Part shown: piece after piece, positions 27,093 through 36,265 of the stretch
Layout: each line of letters begins with the position of its first letter
Position numbering within the stretch: position 1 is the first letter of the stretch
Origin: Verrucomicrobiaceae bacterium
GTDB lineage: Bacteria > Verrucomicrobiota > Verrucomicrobiia > Chthoniobacterales > Chthoniobacteraceae
DNA length: 64,000 nt
Assembly (NCBI GenBank): GCA_031374705.1
Contig: JANMGP010000353.1
Location: 11,099-75,098 of the forward strand
Direction: 5' to 3'
Notes under the pieces: generated by a model
What the model saw: the letters and a program-made list of their open reading frames with translations, nothing else
Told to the model about the DNA's origin: nothing
The model's database searches: none
Made by a program: the position numbers and the translations under genes

Positions 27093-30000
27093 ATGCTCCG
27101 TAAAACATTCCTCGCCCTGACACTTTTCGTTTCGCTGCTCTTCGCGCTGCCGCCGAATGATGCGGTCGTCGTCTTTAACGAAATCCACTACAACCCCGGC
27201 GGAGTCGGCGAGGCGGCGGAGTTTATCGAGGTGCAGAATGTCATGGCGGTAAACGTCGATATGTCCGGCTGGCGCATTTCCGGCGGGGCGGATTTTGCGT
27301 TTCCAAACGGCACGGTGATTCCCGGTGGAGGGCGTATTGTCGTGGCGAAAACTCCGGGGATGTATCCGGGGTCGATGGGGCCTTTCACCGGCGCGCTGAG
27401 CAACTCCGGCGACACGCTCCGGTTGCGCGACAACAACGACCGCGCGATGGACGAACTCACGTACGGCGACAAGGGTGAATGGCCCATCGCGCCGGATGGC
27501 GGCGGCGTGACTTTGTCCAAGACCTCGGCGGCTTCAAACTCCGCGCGACCGCAGTCGTGGACGTCGAGCGCGCAAGTCGGCGGCACTCCGGGGACGGAAA
27601 ATTTTCCACCGCCACCGCCGCCTGTTTCTTCGCGGCCCATCGCTCGGGATGCGACTTGGAAATACACGGCGACTCCTCCGGCGGCAAATTGGAACACGGC
27701 AGGCTTTGATGACGCGGCTTGGTCGAGCGGGCAGGCGGGGCTCCAATTTGGAAATCCGCAGCTTTACATGGATGGCCCGGCTGTTGTTCCGGGTGGAATC
27801 TGGACGGTGAAGCCGTGGATAAACGACGCGACCTCGGACATTTCGAGCGGCAAAAGCTACACGCACAAAATCGGCCTGAACCGCGCGGGTGCTTACATTC
27901 CGATTAACGGCGTGACGTTTGATTCACCCGGCACAGGCGTGACGAGCGGCGCGAACTGGGTGTTGCTCGGCGCGACGAATCAGTTCAACAACAACGGCAG
28001 CGGCCAGGGTGCGAACTTCCTCCCCGGCGGCACGGGCAGCTTTCAGCTTTGCCAGGAGTTTCTCTACGGCAATTCGTTCAACGGCAAATCGCGCATCGAG
28101 CTGTCGAACCTCACGCCGAACCAAACATACATCGCCACATTCTACACGACGGGTTTTGGCGACCCGCCGGTCCGCCGCAATATCATCACGCCGAGCGATA
28201 CGGGCGTCGGGCACATTGTGGACGAAAACGCGACCCTGTCCGGCAACGGGCTCATCGTGAAGTATCACTACACGGCGAGCGGGAATGGGACTTTTGCGTT
28301 TGATTTCACGCCGATTGATGCGGGCACGTGGCATCACTACGCGTTCAGCAACGAAGTCGCTGCGGCTGTCCCGGTGGAGGTTCCGGCGACGGGCGTGAGC
28401 GTCACGAGCTTTTCGTCGCAGCGCACGACGAGCTTCACCCGCGGCGCTGTGAACTGCGTGAATGGAAGCGGGGTCTCGGGCCAGACGCACGGCACGACGG
28501 CGAACGGAAACATGTGGCAGACGAACGGGTTTGCGAGTTCGCCAACGGACCCGCTGCCTGCGGATATTGTGTTTGATCTCGGCAGTATCTCGCGACTCAC
28601 GTCGATGCATATTTGGAACTACAACGAAGTCACGCCGGACAATTCGGTGGGCGCGAAGACGGTGGAGATTTTGACGGGCACAGCCGCAGCAGGACCGTTC
28701 ACGAGTCAGGGCACGTTCACATTGATCAAAGCGAGCGGCCTCGCGACCGAGCCGGGCCAGCACATCGAACTCGACCGCTCGAACGTGCGTTATGTGAAAT
28801 TCAACATCACCGCGAACCACGGCAACGGCAGCCAGCACACGGGCTTGAGCGAGGTGAAATTCTACAAAGAGGGCGTCATCGGTGCGCCAACTCCGGTTGC
28901 GCTGCGCGAGAAAATCTCGACGCTTTTCAACACGGGCGTGACCAATACTGGCGCGGTCGCGACTTCCGGCACGGGCGACCTTCACTACACGAACGTGACC
29001 AACGGAATCCCGGCGGTGGTGCAAAACGGCCACCCCGCGTGGTTCGGTCCCGACAGTGTTTCGAACTGGACCGGCATCACCGCAAACGGAACGGAGAATG
29101 TCATTGCGAGCACTTGGACGTGGCGCACGACGGCGGACTTCAGCGCATGGCAGCCGGGCACTTTTGACGTGCAACTTTACTACGCCGCCGACAACTCCCT
29201 CGACAGCGTGCTGCTCAACGGCGTTTCAAAAGGAATCTCGGGCGGCGGCTTCGGCGCGTTCAATGGACCGATTGCGATCACGGGATTCTCCAACGGATTG
29301 AACACGCTCAACTTCGCATGGACAAACGCCGGACCTGACCCGAACCCCGGCGGCTTCCGCGTGAAATGGGATGCGACCGCGCAGCCGCTGCTCGCAAAGA
29401 CCGCGCTCGCGAGCAATCCCACGACGACTTATTTCCGAAAGACGTTCACAAACTCCGGCGCGGGCAATTCCGCATACAGGCTGCTGCTCAATCATCTCGT
29501 GGACGATGGCGCGGTGTTTTACCTCAACGGCGTCGAAGTCTATCGCACAAACGTCACCGGCACCCCGACGAGCACGACGCCCGCCGACACGAATGTCGTG
29601 TATCCGAAATTCAGCGGCGTAATCGAGATTCCCGCATCCGCCGTGGTGCCGGGGAACAATGTGCTCGCCGTGGAGTTGCACCAGCATCCAACGGGAACCG
29701 CCGACGCATTTCTCATGGCGCAGCTCGACATGATCGAGACGCCTGCGCCTCCAAACTACACGATGCCCGTGCAACTCAACGAAATCGCCAGCGCCACTGC
29801 GGGCACGTGGTTTGTGGAGCTTCGCAATACGAGCAGCGCGGCGGTGAATCTCACCGGATGGTCGCTCAGCAGTTCGACGGGCACGACGTATTCGCTCACC
29901 GGTTCTGTCGCAGCGGGCGCGTTGCTTTCGATCGACCAGACGACGCTCGGATGGCGTCCGCCGGATGGCGCGAAGCTCTTCCTCTCCGCGCCGGGCGCAA

Positions 30001-33000
30001 GTGTGGAAGGCGCGGTGATCAAAAACGCCGCACAAGCCCGCGACGCTTCCGGTCGCTGGCGCACGCCGAGTGCCGCGACTGCGGGAACTGCGAACACATT
30101 CAGCATCCCGGACAGCATTGTGATCAACGAAATCATGTACAACCACGCGCCCGTCTTTCTCCCGACGGGCTCGACGCCGAATCCCGAAGAGTGGATCGAG
30201 CTTTATAATAAGAGCGCTTCGACGGTGACTCTCACCGGCTGGAAACTGCGCGGAGGGCCGAGCTTCGACTTCACGGCGGGAACGACGATTCCAGCAGGCG
30301 GTTATCTCGTCGTTTCCAACAACGCGCCCGCGCTGCTCGCGAAGTTCCCCGGCATCACCATCGTCGGTCCGCTCAGCGGCTCGCTTTCAAATAGCGACGA
30401 TCGCATCACGCTCGAAGACGCAAACGGGAATGCGGTAAACGAAGTTCACTACTACGAAGGCGGACGCTGGGACGAGCGCGCTGACGGCGGCGGCGGCAGT
30501 CTGGAGCTGCGAAATCCCGGCATGGATAACAGCGTTCCCGAAGCGTGGGCCGCGTCCGATGAGACCAGCAAATCCAGCTGGCAGACATTCACCTATCCCG
30601 GGAAAGGCGAGCCGCCTCCGGGCAGCAACGATCCGATTCAATACAACGAACTCGTGATGGGCCTGCTCAATTCCGGCGAGTGCATGATCGACGATGTGAG
30701 CGTCAAAGACGTCACCAACGGCAACGCGCAGCTCATCCAAAACGGGAACTTCTCCGCAGGCACCGCGACCGCGTGGAGAAACATCGGCAACCACGGCAGC
30801 CACGGACGCACCGTGGTCGTGGACGATCCATCATCGCCGGGGAACAAAGTGCTCAAAGTCGTCGCCACCAGCGCGACCGAGCACATGCACAATCACCTTG
30901 AAACCACGCTGAAAAACGGCGCGAACTATGTGACGCTCAACAGCGCAAATGACTACGAGGTTTCCTTCCGCGCCCGCTGGCTCAGCGGTTCGCCGCGTTT
31001 GAACTCGCGCCTTTATTTCAACCGTCTTGCGCGCACGAGCCTGCTGCCGATGCCGCAAAACAACGGAACGCCCGGCGCGCAGAACAGCCGCTTCGTCGCG
31101 CTCGTTGGGCCGACTTTCACAGCGCTCTCGCATTCGCCCGTTCTCCCGCAGGCTTCGGCTTCGGTGACGGTGAGCGTGAAGGCCGCCGACCCGCAGGGCG
31201 TCGCTGGTGTTTCGCTGAAATGGAGGCTCGATGGCTCCGTCGCGTTCAACTCCGTCGCGATGACGCTCAACGGCGACCGCTACGAAGGAACGATCCCCGG
31301 CCAGGTCGCCGGTTCGCTCGGGCAGTTTTATGTCGAGGCCACCGATGGCACCACCGTGTCCACATTCCCCGCAGCCGGTGCAAATTCCCGCGCAATGATT
31401 CGCTGGGCAGATGGCACCGTGCCGACCACCGCAGCTCACGGCGTGCGCATCTTGATGCTCACCGCCGACGCGAACTTCATGCACGATCCCACCAACGCCA
31501 TGAGCAATGACTTTCAGCCTTGCACCATTGTGTATCGCGAGAGCGAAGTTTTCTACGACGCCAGCGTGCGCCTCAAATCATCCGAGCGTGGACGCCCCGC
31601 CGACATCCGCCTCGGCTTCGCGATCAACTTCGACCCGATGCAACTCTTCCGCGGCGCGCACGGCACCATCAATCTCGACCGCTCCGGATACGGACGCGGC
31701 ACCACCAGCAGCGGATTCGGCCATTCCGAAATCGTCACCTGGCACTTCATGCAACGCGCCGGCGGCGTGCCTTCGATGTGGAACGACATGGGCTTTGTCA
31801 TCGCTCCACGCAGCGGCCACAACGGCTCCGCGATCCTCACCATGGCGGAGTTCAACGACGTGTGGGCGGACAGCTCGTTCGAGAACGGCGCATCCCAGTC
31901 CTCCTTCAAATACGAGCTCATCTACTACCCCACGACCACCGTCGGCGGCGGTCCCGAAGGCGCGAAACTCCCGAGCCCCGACAACGTGCAAGGCGTCGAG
32001 TTTGAGAGCTACACGACCGCCGACAAGGAAGCATTCCGCTGGAATTTCATCCTCGGCAGCGCGCGGACAGCCGACGACTACTCCGGCATGCTGGAGCTGA
32101 ACCAAACCTACCGCATCCCCGTCGGCGATCCGGCATTTAATACCGCCCTGCCCAACACCATCGACGTGGACCAGTGGCTCCGCACCGCAGCCGCGCTCGC
32201 GCTCGGCGGTATCCAGGATAACTACATCACCACCAGCGGCGCGTGGCACAATTTGAAGCTCTACTCGCGCGTCGATGGCCGCATGCTCTTCCTGCCGTGG
32301 GACCTCGACTTCCAGACCGCCCCGAGCAACGACCCGCTCATCATCAACGCCGACATCGCCCGCATCACCAGCGCCAGCCCGGCCAACCAGCGGCTCTACT
32401 ACCAGCACCTCCAGGACATCATCAACACGAGCTTCAACAGCACCTACCTCGCCCCCTGGATCACGCACTACCCGACCTTCAGCACCGCTGGCGGGAACTG
32501 GGGCGAAATCACCAGCTACGTCGATGCCCGCGTCGCATTCGTGAACTCGCAGATCGCCGCAAACTACCCAGCCACGACATTCGACATCACCACCGGGAAC
32601 TTCAGCACCGGCGGCAGCAGCGCCACCATCAGCGGCGTCGGCTGGGTGAATGTCCGCAACATCGTCATCCAAAACGGAGCCCTCACCCTCCCCGTCACGT
32701 GGAACAGCGCCACCGGCTGGCAGGCCACCGTCCCCGTCGCCCCCGGCGCGCAGACGCTCACGCTGCAAGCATTCGACTACCAGGGCAACCTCGTCGGCAC
32801 CGACACCATCACCATCACCGGCACCGGCGGCACCCTCTCCGCCGCAGCGGGAAATCTCGTCATTTCCGAAGTCCACTACAACCCCGCCGTGCCCACAGGC
32901 GGCGAGCTCAGCGCATCGAGCGACAACGACGAATTCGAGTTCATCGAAATCCGCAACATCAGCGCGCAGACCGTCAGCCTTGCCGGTTGCCGCTTCGTTG

Positions 33001-33683
33001 GCGGGATCGACTACACCTTCGCAAACACAACGCTCGCCGCCGGAGCCTACGCCGTCATTCCCCGCAACACCGCCGCGTTTAACGCGCGCTACCCCGGAGT
33101 CCCCACGCTCGCGCACTACTACGTCGCCGGGGATAACTTCCTCAGCAACGGCGGAGAAGAAATCGCCCTCATCAGCGCCAGCGCTGCCGACATCGCCCGC
33201 GTTTCTTATAATGACAGCGGCAGCGTAAAATGGCCCGCCAGCCCCGATGGCACAGGCCCCTCGCTCGTCCTCATCGCACCGCTCACCAACCCCGACGCCA
33301 ACGACCCGCTCCACTGGCGCGCCAGCGCCACCGCAAACGGCAACCCCGGCACCAGCGACGCCACCGCCGCCCCCGTCGCCCCGGCACCGGACGTCCTCCT
33401 CGCCTACGCCATCGGCACCGGCGCAATGCCCATTGCCGGAAGCGAACTCGTCGTCGGCCAGCGCACGATGAACTTCACGCTGGAGCGCAACCCATTCGCC
33501 GACGCCGACTGGACACTCGAATCCGTCGCCACCCTCACCGGCACCTGGGCACCCGTCGGTGCGAACTACGAAATCACCGCCCGCACCATCCTCCCCGGCG
33601 GCACCGAACGCATCACCCTCCGCGCCACCACCCCGATGAGCGGAACGAGCGGCTTCCTGCGGGGAAAATTGCGCGTGCCGTAA
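27093..33683 (+). CDS. giant secreted multidomain protein: 4x lamin-tail domain (LTD), F5/8 type C, CBM-like, CotH kinase-like
   Basis: 2196-aa ORF with signal peptide MLRKTFLALTLFVSLLFALP. LTD-type motifs at aa ~25 (VVFNEIHYNPGG..AEFIEVQN), ~870 (VQLNEIAS..WFVELRN), ~1005 (IVINEIMYNH..EEWIELYN) and ~1930 (LVISEVHYNP..FEFIEIRN). Discoidin-type: HIWNYNE...LSEVKFY. DDGAVFYLNGVEVYRTN matches giant 1. The CotH-like core lies around VRLKSSERGRPADIRLGFAINFD...INLDRSG. Confidence 0.85.
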   Translation: MLRKTFLALTLFVSLLFALPPNDAVVVFNEIHYNPGGVGEAAEFIEVQNVMAVNVDMSGWRISGGADFAFPNGTVIPGGGRIVVAKTPGMYPGSMGPFTGALSNSGDTLRLRDNNDRAMDELTYGDKGEWPIAPDGGGVTLSKTSAASNSARPQSWTSSAQVGGTPGTENFPPPPPPVSSRPIARDATWKYTATPPAANWNTAGFDDAAWSSGQAGLQFGNPQLYMDGPAVVPGGIWTVKPWINDATSDISSGKSYTHKIGLNRAGAYIPINGVTFDSPGTGVTSGANWVLLGATNQFNNNGSGQGANFLPGGTGSFQLCQEFLYGNSFNGKSRIELSNLTPNQTYIATFYTTGFGDPPVRRNIITPSDTGVGHIVDENATLSGNGLIVKYHYTASGNGTFAFDFTPIDAGTWHHYAFSNEVAAAVPVEVPATGVSVTSFSSQRTTSFTRGAVNCVNGSGVSGQTHGTTANGNMWQTNGFASSPTDPLPADIVFDLGSISRLTSMHIWNYNEVTPDNSVGAKTVEILTGTAAAGPFTSQGTFTLIKASGLATEPGQHIELDRSNVRYVKFNITANHGNGSQHTGLSEVKFYKEGVIGAPTPVALREKISTLFNTGVTNTGAVATSGTGDLHYTNVTNGIPAVVQNGHPAWFGPDSVSNWTGITANGTENVIASTWTWRTTADFSAWQPGTFDVQLYYAADNSLDSVLLNGVSKGISGGGFGAFNGPIAITGFSNGLNTLNFAWTNAGPDPNPGGFRVKWDATAQPLLAKTALASNPTTTYFRKTFTNSGAGNSAYRLLLNHLVDDGAVFYLNGVEVYRTNVTGTPTSTTPADTNVVYPKFSGVIEIPASAVVPGNNVLAVELHQHPTGTADAFLMAQLDMIETPAPPNYTMPVQLNEIASATAGTWFVELRNTSSAAVNLTGWSLSSSTGTTYSLTGSVAAGALLSIDQTTLGWRPPDGAKLFLSAPGASVEGAVIKNAAQARDASGRWRTPSAATAGTANTFSIPDSIVINEIMYNHAPVFLPTGSTPNPEEWIELYNKSASTVTLTGWKLRGGPSFDFTAGTTIPAGGYLVVSNNAPALLAKFPGITIVGPLSGSLSNSDDRITLEDANGNAVNEVHYYEGGRWDERADGGGGSLELRNPGMDNSVPEAWAASDETSKSSWQTFTYPGKGEPPPGSNDPIQYNELVMGLLNSGECMIDDVSVKDVTNGNAQLIQNGNFSAGTATAWRNIGNHGSHGRTVVVDDPSSPGNKVLKVVATSATEHMHNHLETTLKNGANYVTLNSANDYEVSFRARWLSGSPRLNSRLYFNRLARTSLLPMPQNNGTPGAQNSRFVALVGPTFTALSHSPVLPQASASVTVSVKAADPQGVAGVSLKWRLDGSVAFNSVAMTLNGDRYEGTIPGQVAGSLGQFYVEATDGTTVSTFPAAGANSRAMIRWADGTVPTTAAHGVRILMLTADANFMHDPTNAMSNDFQPCTIVYRESEVFYDASVRLKSSERGRPADIRLGFAINFDPMQLFRGAHGTINLDRSGYGRGTTSSGFGHSEIVTWHFMQRAGGVPSMWNDMGFVIAPRSGHNGSAILTMAEFNDVWADSSFENGASQSSFKYELIYYPTTTVGGGPEGAKLPSPDNVQGVEFESYTTADKEAFRWNFILGSARTADDYSGMLELNQTYRIPVGDPAFNTALPNTIDVDQWLRTAAALALGGIQDNYITTSGAWHNLKLYSRVDGRMLFLPWDLDFQTAPSNDPLIINADIARITSASPANQRLYYQHLQDIINTSFNSTYLAPWITHYPTFSTAGGNWGEITSYVDARVAFVNSQIAANYPATTFDITTGNFSTGGSSATISGVGWVNVRNIVIQNGALTLPVTWNSATGWQATVPVAPGAQTLTLQAFDYQGNLVGTDTITITGTGGTLSAAAGNLVISEVHYNPAVPTGGELSASSDNDEFEFIEIRNISAQTVSLAGCRFVGGIDYTFANTTLAAGAYAVIPRNTAAFNARYPGVPTLAHYYVAGDNFLSNGGEEIALISASAADIARVSYNDSGSVKWPASPDGTGPSLVLIAPLTNPDANDPLHWRASATANGNPGTSDATAAPVAPAPDVLLAYAIGTGAMPIAGSELVVGQRTMNFTLERNPFADADWTLESVATLTGTWAPVGANYEITARTILPGGTERITLRATTPMSGTSGFLRGKLRVP

Positions 33684-33748
33684 AAACGCGCGTTTAGTCG
33701 CTTGCGCAAAGTAGTCAGCGACTAGAATCGCGGATAAATTCTGCACGC

Positions 33749-33782
33749 AAAACACCCGGCTGACCTTGCGGCCAACCGGGTG
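33749..33782 (-). terminator. intrinsic terminator of pilin copy A
   Basis: Hairpin CACCCGGCTGACC-TTGC-GGCCAACCGGGTG (33753-33782). On the minus strand it is followed by UUUU (33749-52). Confidence 0.75.
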
Positions 33783-33825
33783 CTGTGAATTTGCTAGCTC
33801 CCGCTAGGAGAGAATCAGGCTCGGA

Positions 33826-34230
33826 TTACTGGTTGAAGGGCGACCAGAACGAGGTCGGTGCGACGACCGACAGAGCGTTGAATGTGGCGAGCGGCACTTT
33901 CGGTGCGGTATCAACCGCAGGGATGGTGATCGCGTTGCCGATGACGTCATTGCCACCGGAGGTTTCCAGACGACTGCCTGCCTTCAGGTAGGTGCGGACG
34001 TCATCCCAGCTCACAGATGCTCCACCGGACTTGTTGTTCTCAATGGCGTACTGATCGATGGCTGCATCGATCATGCGAAGGTCTTGAAGGACCTGGGTCG
34101 CTTGAGCACGGCGGCGGCTGCGGAGAAAGTTCGGGACGGCAATCGACGCGAGAAGCGCGATAATGGCCACCACGATCATGATTTCGACGAGTGTGAAGCC
34201 GCCGCGTTTTGTGTTTAGTGTCTGAAGCAT
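33826..34230 (-). CDS. prepilin-type N-terminal cleavage/methylation domain protein (GspG / type IV pilin-like), copy A
   Basis: MLQTLNTKRGGFTLVEIMIVVAIIALLASIAVPNF carries the class III signal (G/FTLVE). 134 aa. Differs at 5 of 134 residues from copy B. Confidence 0.9.
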   Translation of the reverse strand: MLQTLNTKRGGFTLVEIMIVVAIIALLASIAVPNFLRSRRRAQATQVLQDLRMIDAAIDQYAIENNKSGGASVSWDDVRTYLKAGSRLETSGGNDVIGNAITIPAVDTAPKVPLATFNALSVVAPTSFWSPFNQ

Positions 34231-34293
34231 TGTATTATTTCGGTTATTGTTTTGTTTTGTTTTGAAGCAGCTGGCTGCAACAAACCCTAATTA

Positions 34294-34309
34294 AGCAGCG
34301 AGCGTGCCA
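34294..34309 (-). promoter_or_regulatory. sigma-54 (-24/-12) promoter of pilin copy A
   Basis: The minus strand reads TGGCAC-GCTCG-CTGCT, with correct GG-N10-GC spacing. It lies about 64-79 nt upstream of the ATG at 34230. Confidence 0.65.
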
Positions 34310-34678
34310 ATAAATGTCGAAAATATAGCTATAGTGTTTAATATGGAAATTACTAACAGATTCGAAGGGATGCCGATCGTCTTGGAGCGGACGGCGGACT
34401 CTTGGTAAAGTAATCATCCCCACAAGGACCACCGCGGAATTGGAAGTTCGGGAAGTTGATATTTTGCGTATTTCTCAATATCCTCGGAGGCGGACGAACG
34501 TAGTTTAGCAGCCTGTGTCCCCCTCTGAAAACAGAGCAAGAGTGTGAGGTAAGAATACGATTCCGCGGAAGTTCATAAGACTGGTAGCATGGGCCCGGCT
34601 TGCCTATTGCGGCTTCCTTTGCAGGCGCAATTGCAGATTAGGATTTTAGCCTTCAACAATGAAGTGATTCGGAACGCG

Positions 34679-34711
34679 AAACACCCGACTGACCTTGCGG
34701 CCAGCCGGGTG
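34679..34711 (-). terminator. intrinsic terminator of pilin copy B
   Basis: Hairpin CACCCGACTGACC-TTGC-GGCCAGCCGGGTG (34682-34711), followed by UUU on the minus strand. The mismatch position is shifted relative to copy A. Confidence 0.7.
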
Positions 34712-34754
34712 CTGTGAATTTGTGAACTCCCGCTAGGAGAGAATCAGGCTCGAA

Positions 34755-35159
34755 TTACTGGTTGAAGGGCGACCAGAACGAGGTCGGAGCGACGACCGAC
34801 AGAGCGTTATACGTAGCGAGCGGCACTTTCGGCGCGGTATCAACGGCAGGGATGGTGATCGCGTTGCCGATGACGTCATTGCCACCGGAGGTTTCCAGAC
34901 GGCTGCCTGCCTTGAGGTAGTTGCGGACGTCCGTCCAGCTTACCGATGCACCACCGGATTTGTTGTTCTCGATGGCGTATTGGTCGATGGCTGCATCGAT
35001 CATGCGAAGGTCTTGAAGGACCTGTGTGGCTTGCGCACGGCGGCGGCTACGGAGGAAGTTCGGGACTGCAATCGCTGCGAGAAGCGCGATAATGGCGACC
35101 ACGATCATGATTTCGACGAGTGTGAAGCCGCCGCGTTTTGTGTTTAGTTTCTGAAGCAT
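34755..35159 (-). CDS. prepilin-type N-terminal cleavage/methylation domain protein (GspG / type IV pilin-like), copy B
   Basis: MLQKLNTKRGGFTLVEIMIVVAIIALLAAIAVPNF. 134 aa. Paralog of 33826..34230. Confidence 0.9.
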   Translation of the reverse strand: MLQKLNTKRGGFTLVEIMIVVAIIALLAAIAVPNFLRSRRRAQATQVLQDLRMIDAAIDQYAIENNKSGGASVSWTDVRNYLKAGSRLETSGGNDVIGNAITIPAVDTAPKVPLATYNALSVVAPTSFWSPFNQ

Positions 35160-35225
35160 TGTATTATTTCGGTTATTGTATTTGTTTTAGTTTTCGAAGC
35201 AGTTGCCTGCAACGAGTCCTAATTT

Positions 35226-35241
35226 AGCAGTGGGTGTGCCA
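35226..35241 (-). promoter_or_regulatory. sigma-54 (-24/-12) promoter of pilin copy B
   Basis: The minus strand reads TGGCAC-ACCCA-CTGCT, at the same spacing and the same distance from the ATG as in copy A. Confidence 0.65.
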
Positions 35242-35359
35242 ATAAAGATCAAAATATGGAAATTGTTGAAATGCATTTTCGCCGCGACGAGACCTCCGTG
35301 CAATAGTCTCGCTTTAAGTGCCTGATATTTAGACTCTAACAAGAATTCTCAACCACGAA

Positions 35360-36265
35360 TCAATCCCGCAGGTCCATGGGAACAGGCGCGTTTAGTCCGT
35401 CGGGGCCTGTTGCGACGAGGCCCGATTCAAGGGCTCCGCGCCTTAGAAACCCGAGCGCTATTGTGCGGCCGAGCGCGGAAGAAAAGGCAGCACTCGTAAT
35501 AATTCCTAGGTCTTTCTCAGGGGCATCGACAGAGGTAATTCGCGACTTTGCGGTGATAATTTCTCTATTTTGCGATACGAATTTGTGAAGCCCTCGGTTG
35601 ACGTGTCCGACGCTTTTCACCCGGCTGATCACCTCCTGTCCAATGTAACATCCTTTATGAAAGTCCACGTGGGTCCGGTCGAGTCCCGCCTCGGCTGGGA
35701 GCGTGTTTTCGTCGAGTTCGTATCCCCAACGCGGGACTCCCGCCTCGATGCGAAGCAATTCGGCGAGTTCTTCTGTAATTATTGGAAATCGAGCGATCAG
35801 CTTCTCCCAAATCGAGCCGAAATCGGCGCGGGATCGAACGAGCAGATCCACTCCTGGTATCCCAAGCCGATTTGATGCGAATGCCGGGGCGATGCCATCG
35901 ATTTGCGCTGCCGAGATGCCCGCGCAGTGGACCAAAGCTGCGCGTGAAGTAACGTCCTCAATGATGACGTCGTCCGCCACGATGTATTTTTCCAGGCGAA
36001 CCGGCAGAGATTCCGCGACCAATGCATCCGCATCGACCATCACTGCATCCGGAAAAGTGCTGATGAACACCTCGGCGCAGAGTTTTCCTTTAGCGGTCGT
36101 CACGCATGCGGGTTGGATGCCGATGGTACCCGTGAGTTTCGCGGTGACCTGGCCATTCAGATAGCGAATGCGATCGTTTCCCGTGAAAGATAATTTTACA
36201 CGGCTCATCAGGTCGATGACTCCGCCCCTCTTTTTTACGTCCGCGTAATCGTCGCGAATGCTCAC
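35360..36265 (-). CDS. ygfZ: folate-binding YgfZ / GcvT-like protein
   Basis: KGCYIGQEVISRVKSVGHVNR signature. N-terminal GVIDLMSRVKLSFTGNDRIRYLNGQVT is typical of the family. The start is set at GTG 36265, which overlaps the upstream TGA (GTGA). ATG 36208 is the alternative. Confidence 0.75.
   Translation of the reverse strand: MSIRDDYADVKKRGGVIDLMSRVKLSFTGNDRIRYLNGQVTAKLTGTIGIQPACVTTAKGKLCAEVFISTFPDAVMVDADALVAESLPVRLEKYIVADDVIIEDVTSRAALVHCAGISAAQIDGIAPAFASNRLGIPGVDLLVRSRADFGSIWEKLIARFPIITEELAELLRIEAGVPRWGYELDENTLPAEAGLDRTHVDFHKGCYIGQEVISRVKSVGHVNRGLHKFVSQNREIITAKSRITSVDAPEKDLGIITSAAFSSALGRTIALGFLRRGALESGLVATGPDGLNAPVPMDLRD

Larger units (their letters stand above)
33745..35265. repeat. tandem segmental duplication (period 929 bp) of a complete pilin cassette: promoter + CDS + terminator
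   Basis: About 33745-34350 aligns with about 34675-35265. This covers the terminator hairpin, the 405-nt CDS, the A-rich leader, the sigma-54 box and about 40 nt beyond, with one 18-nt indel near 34327. The ~330 bp between the copies (34350-34675) is unique, AT-richer and has no convincing ORF. Confidence 0.9.

Noticed and set aside
31578-33755. 725-aa minus-strand ORF, plus similar long minus ORFs at 27924..29174, 29226..30146 and 30831..31484
   Set aside because: They are shadow frames antisense to the 2196-aa LTD/CotH gene. The sequence is Gly/Ala/Arg/Asp-rich low complexity with no motifs.
34244-34432. 62-aa minus-strand ORF between the pilin copies
   Set aside because: It overlaps the copy A leader and sigma-54 promoter. 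The sequence is AT-rich with no coding-like composition.
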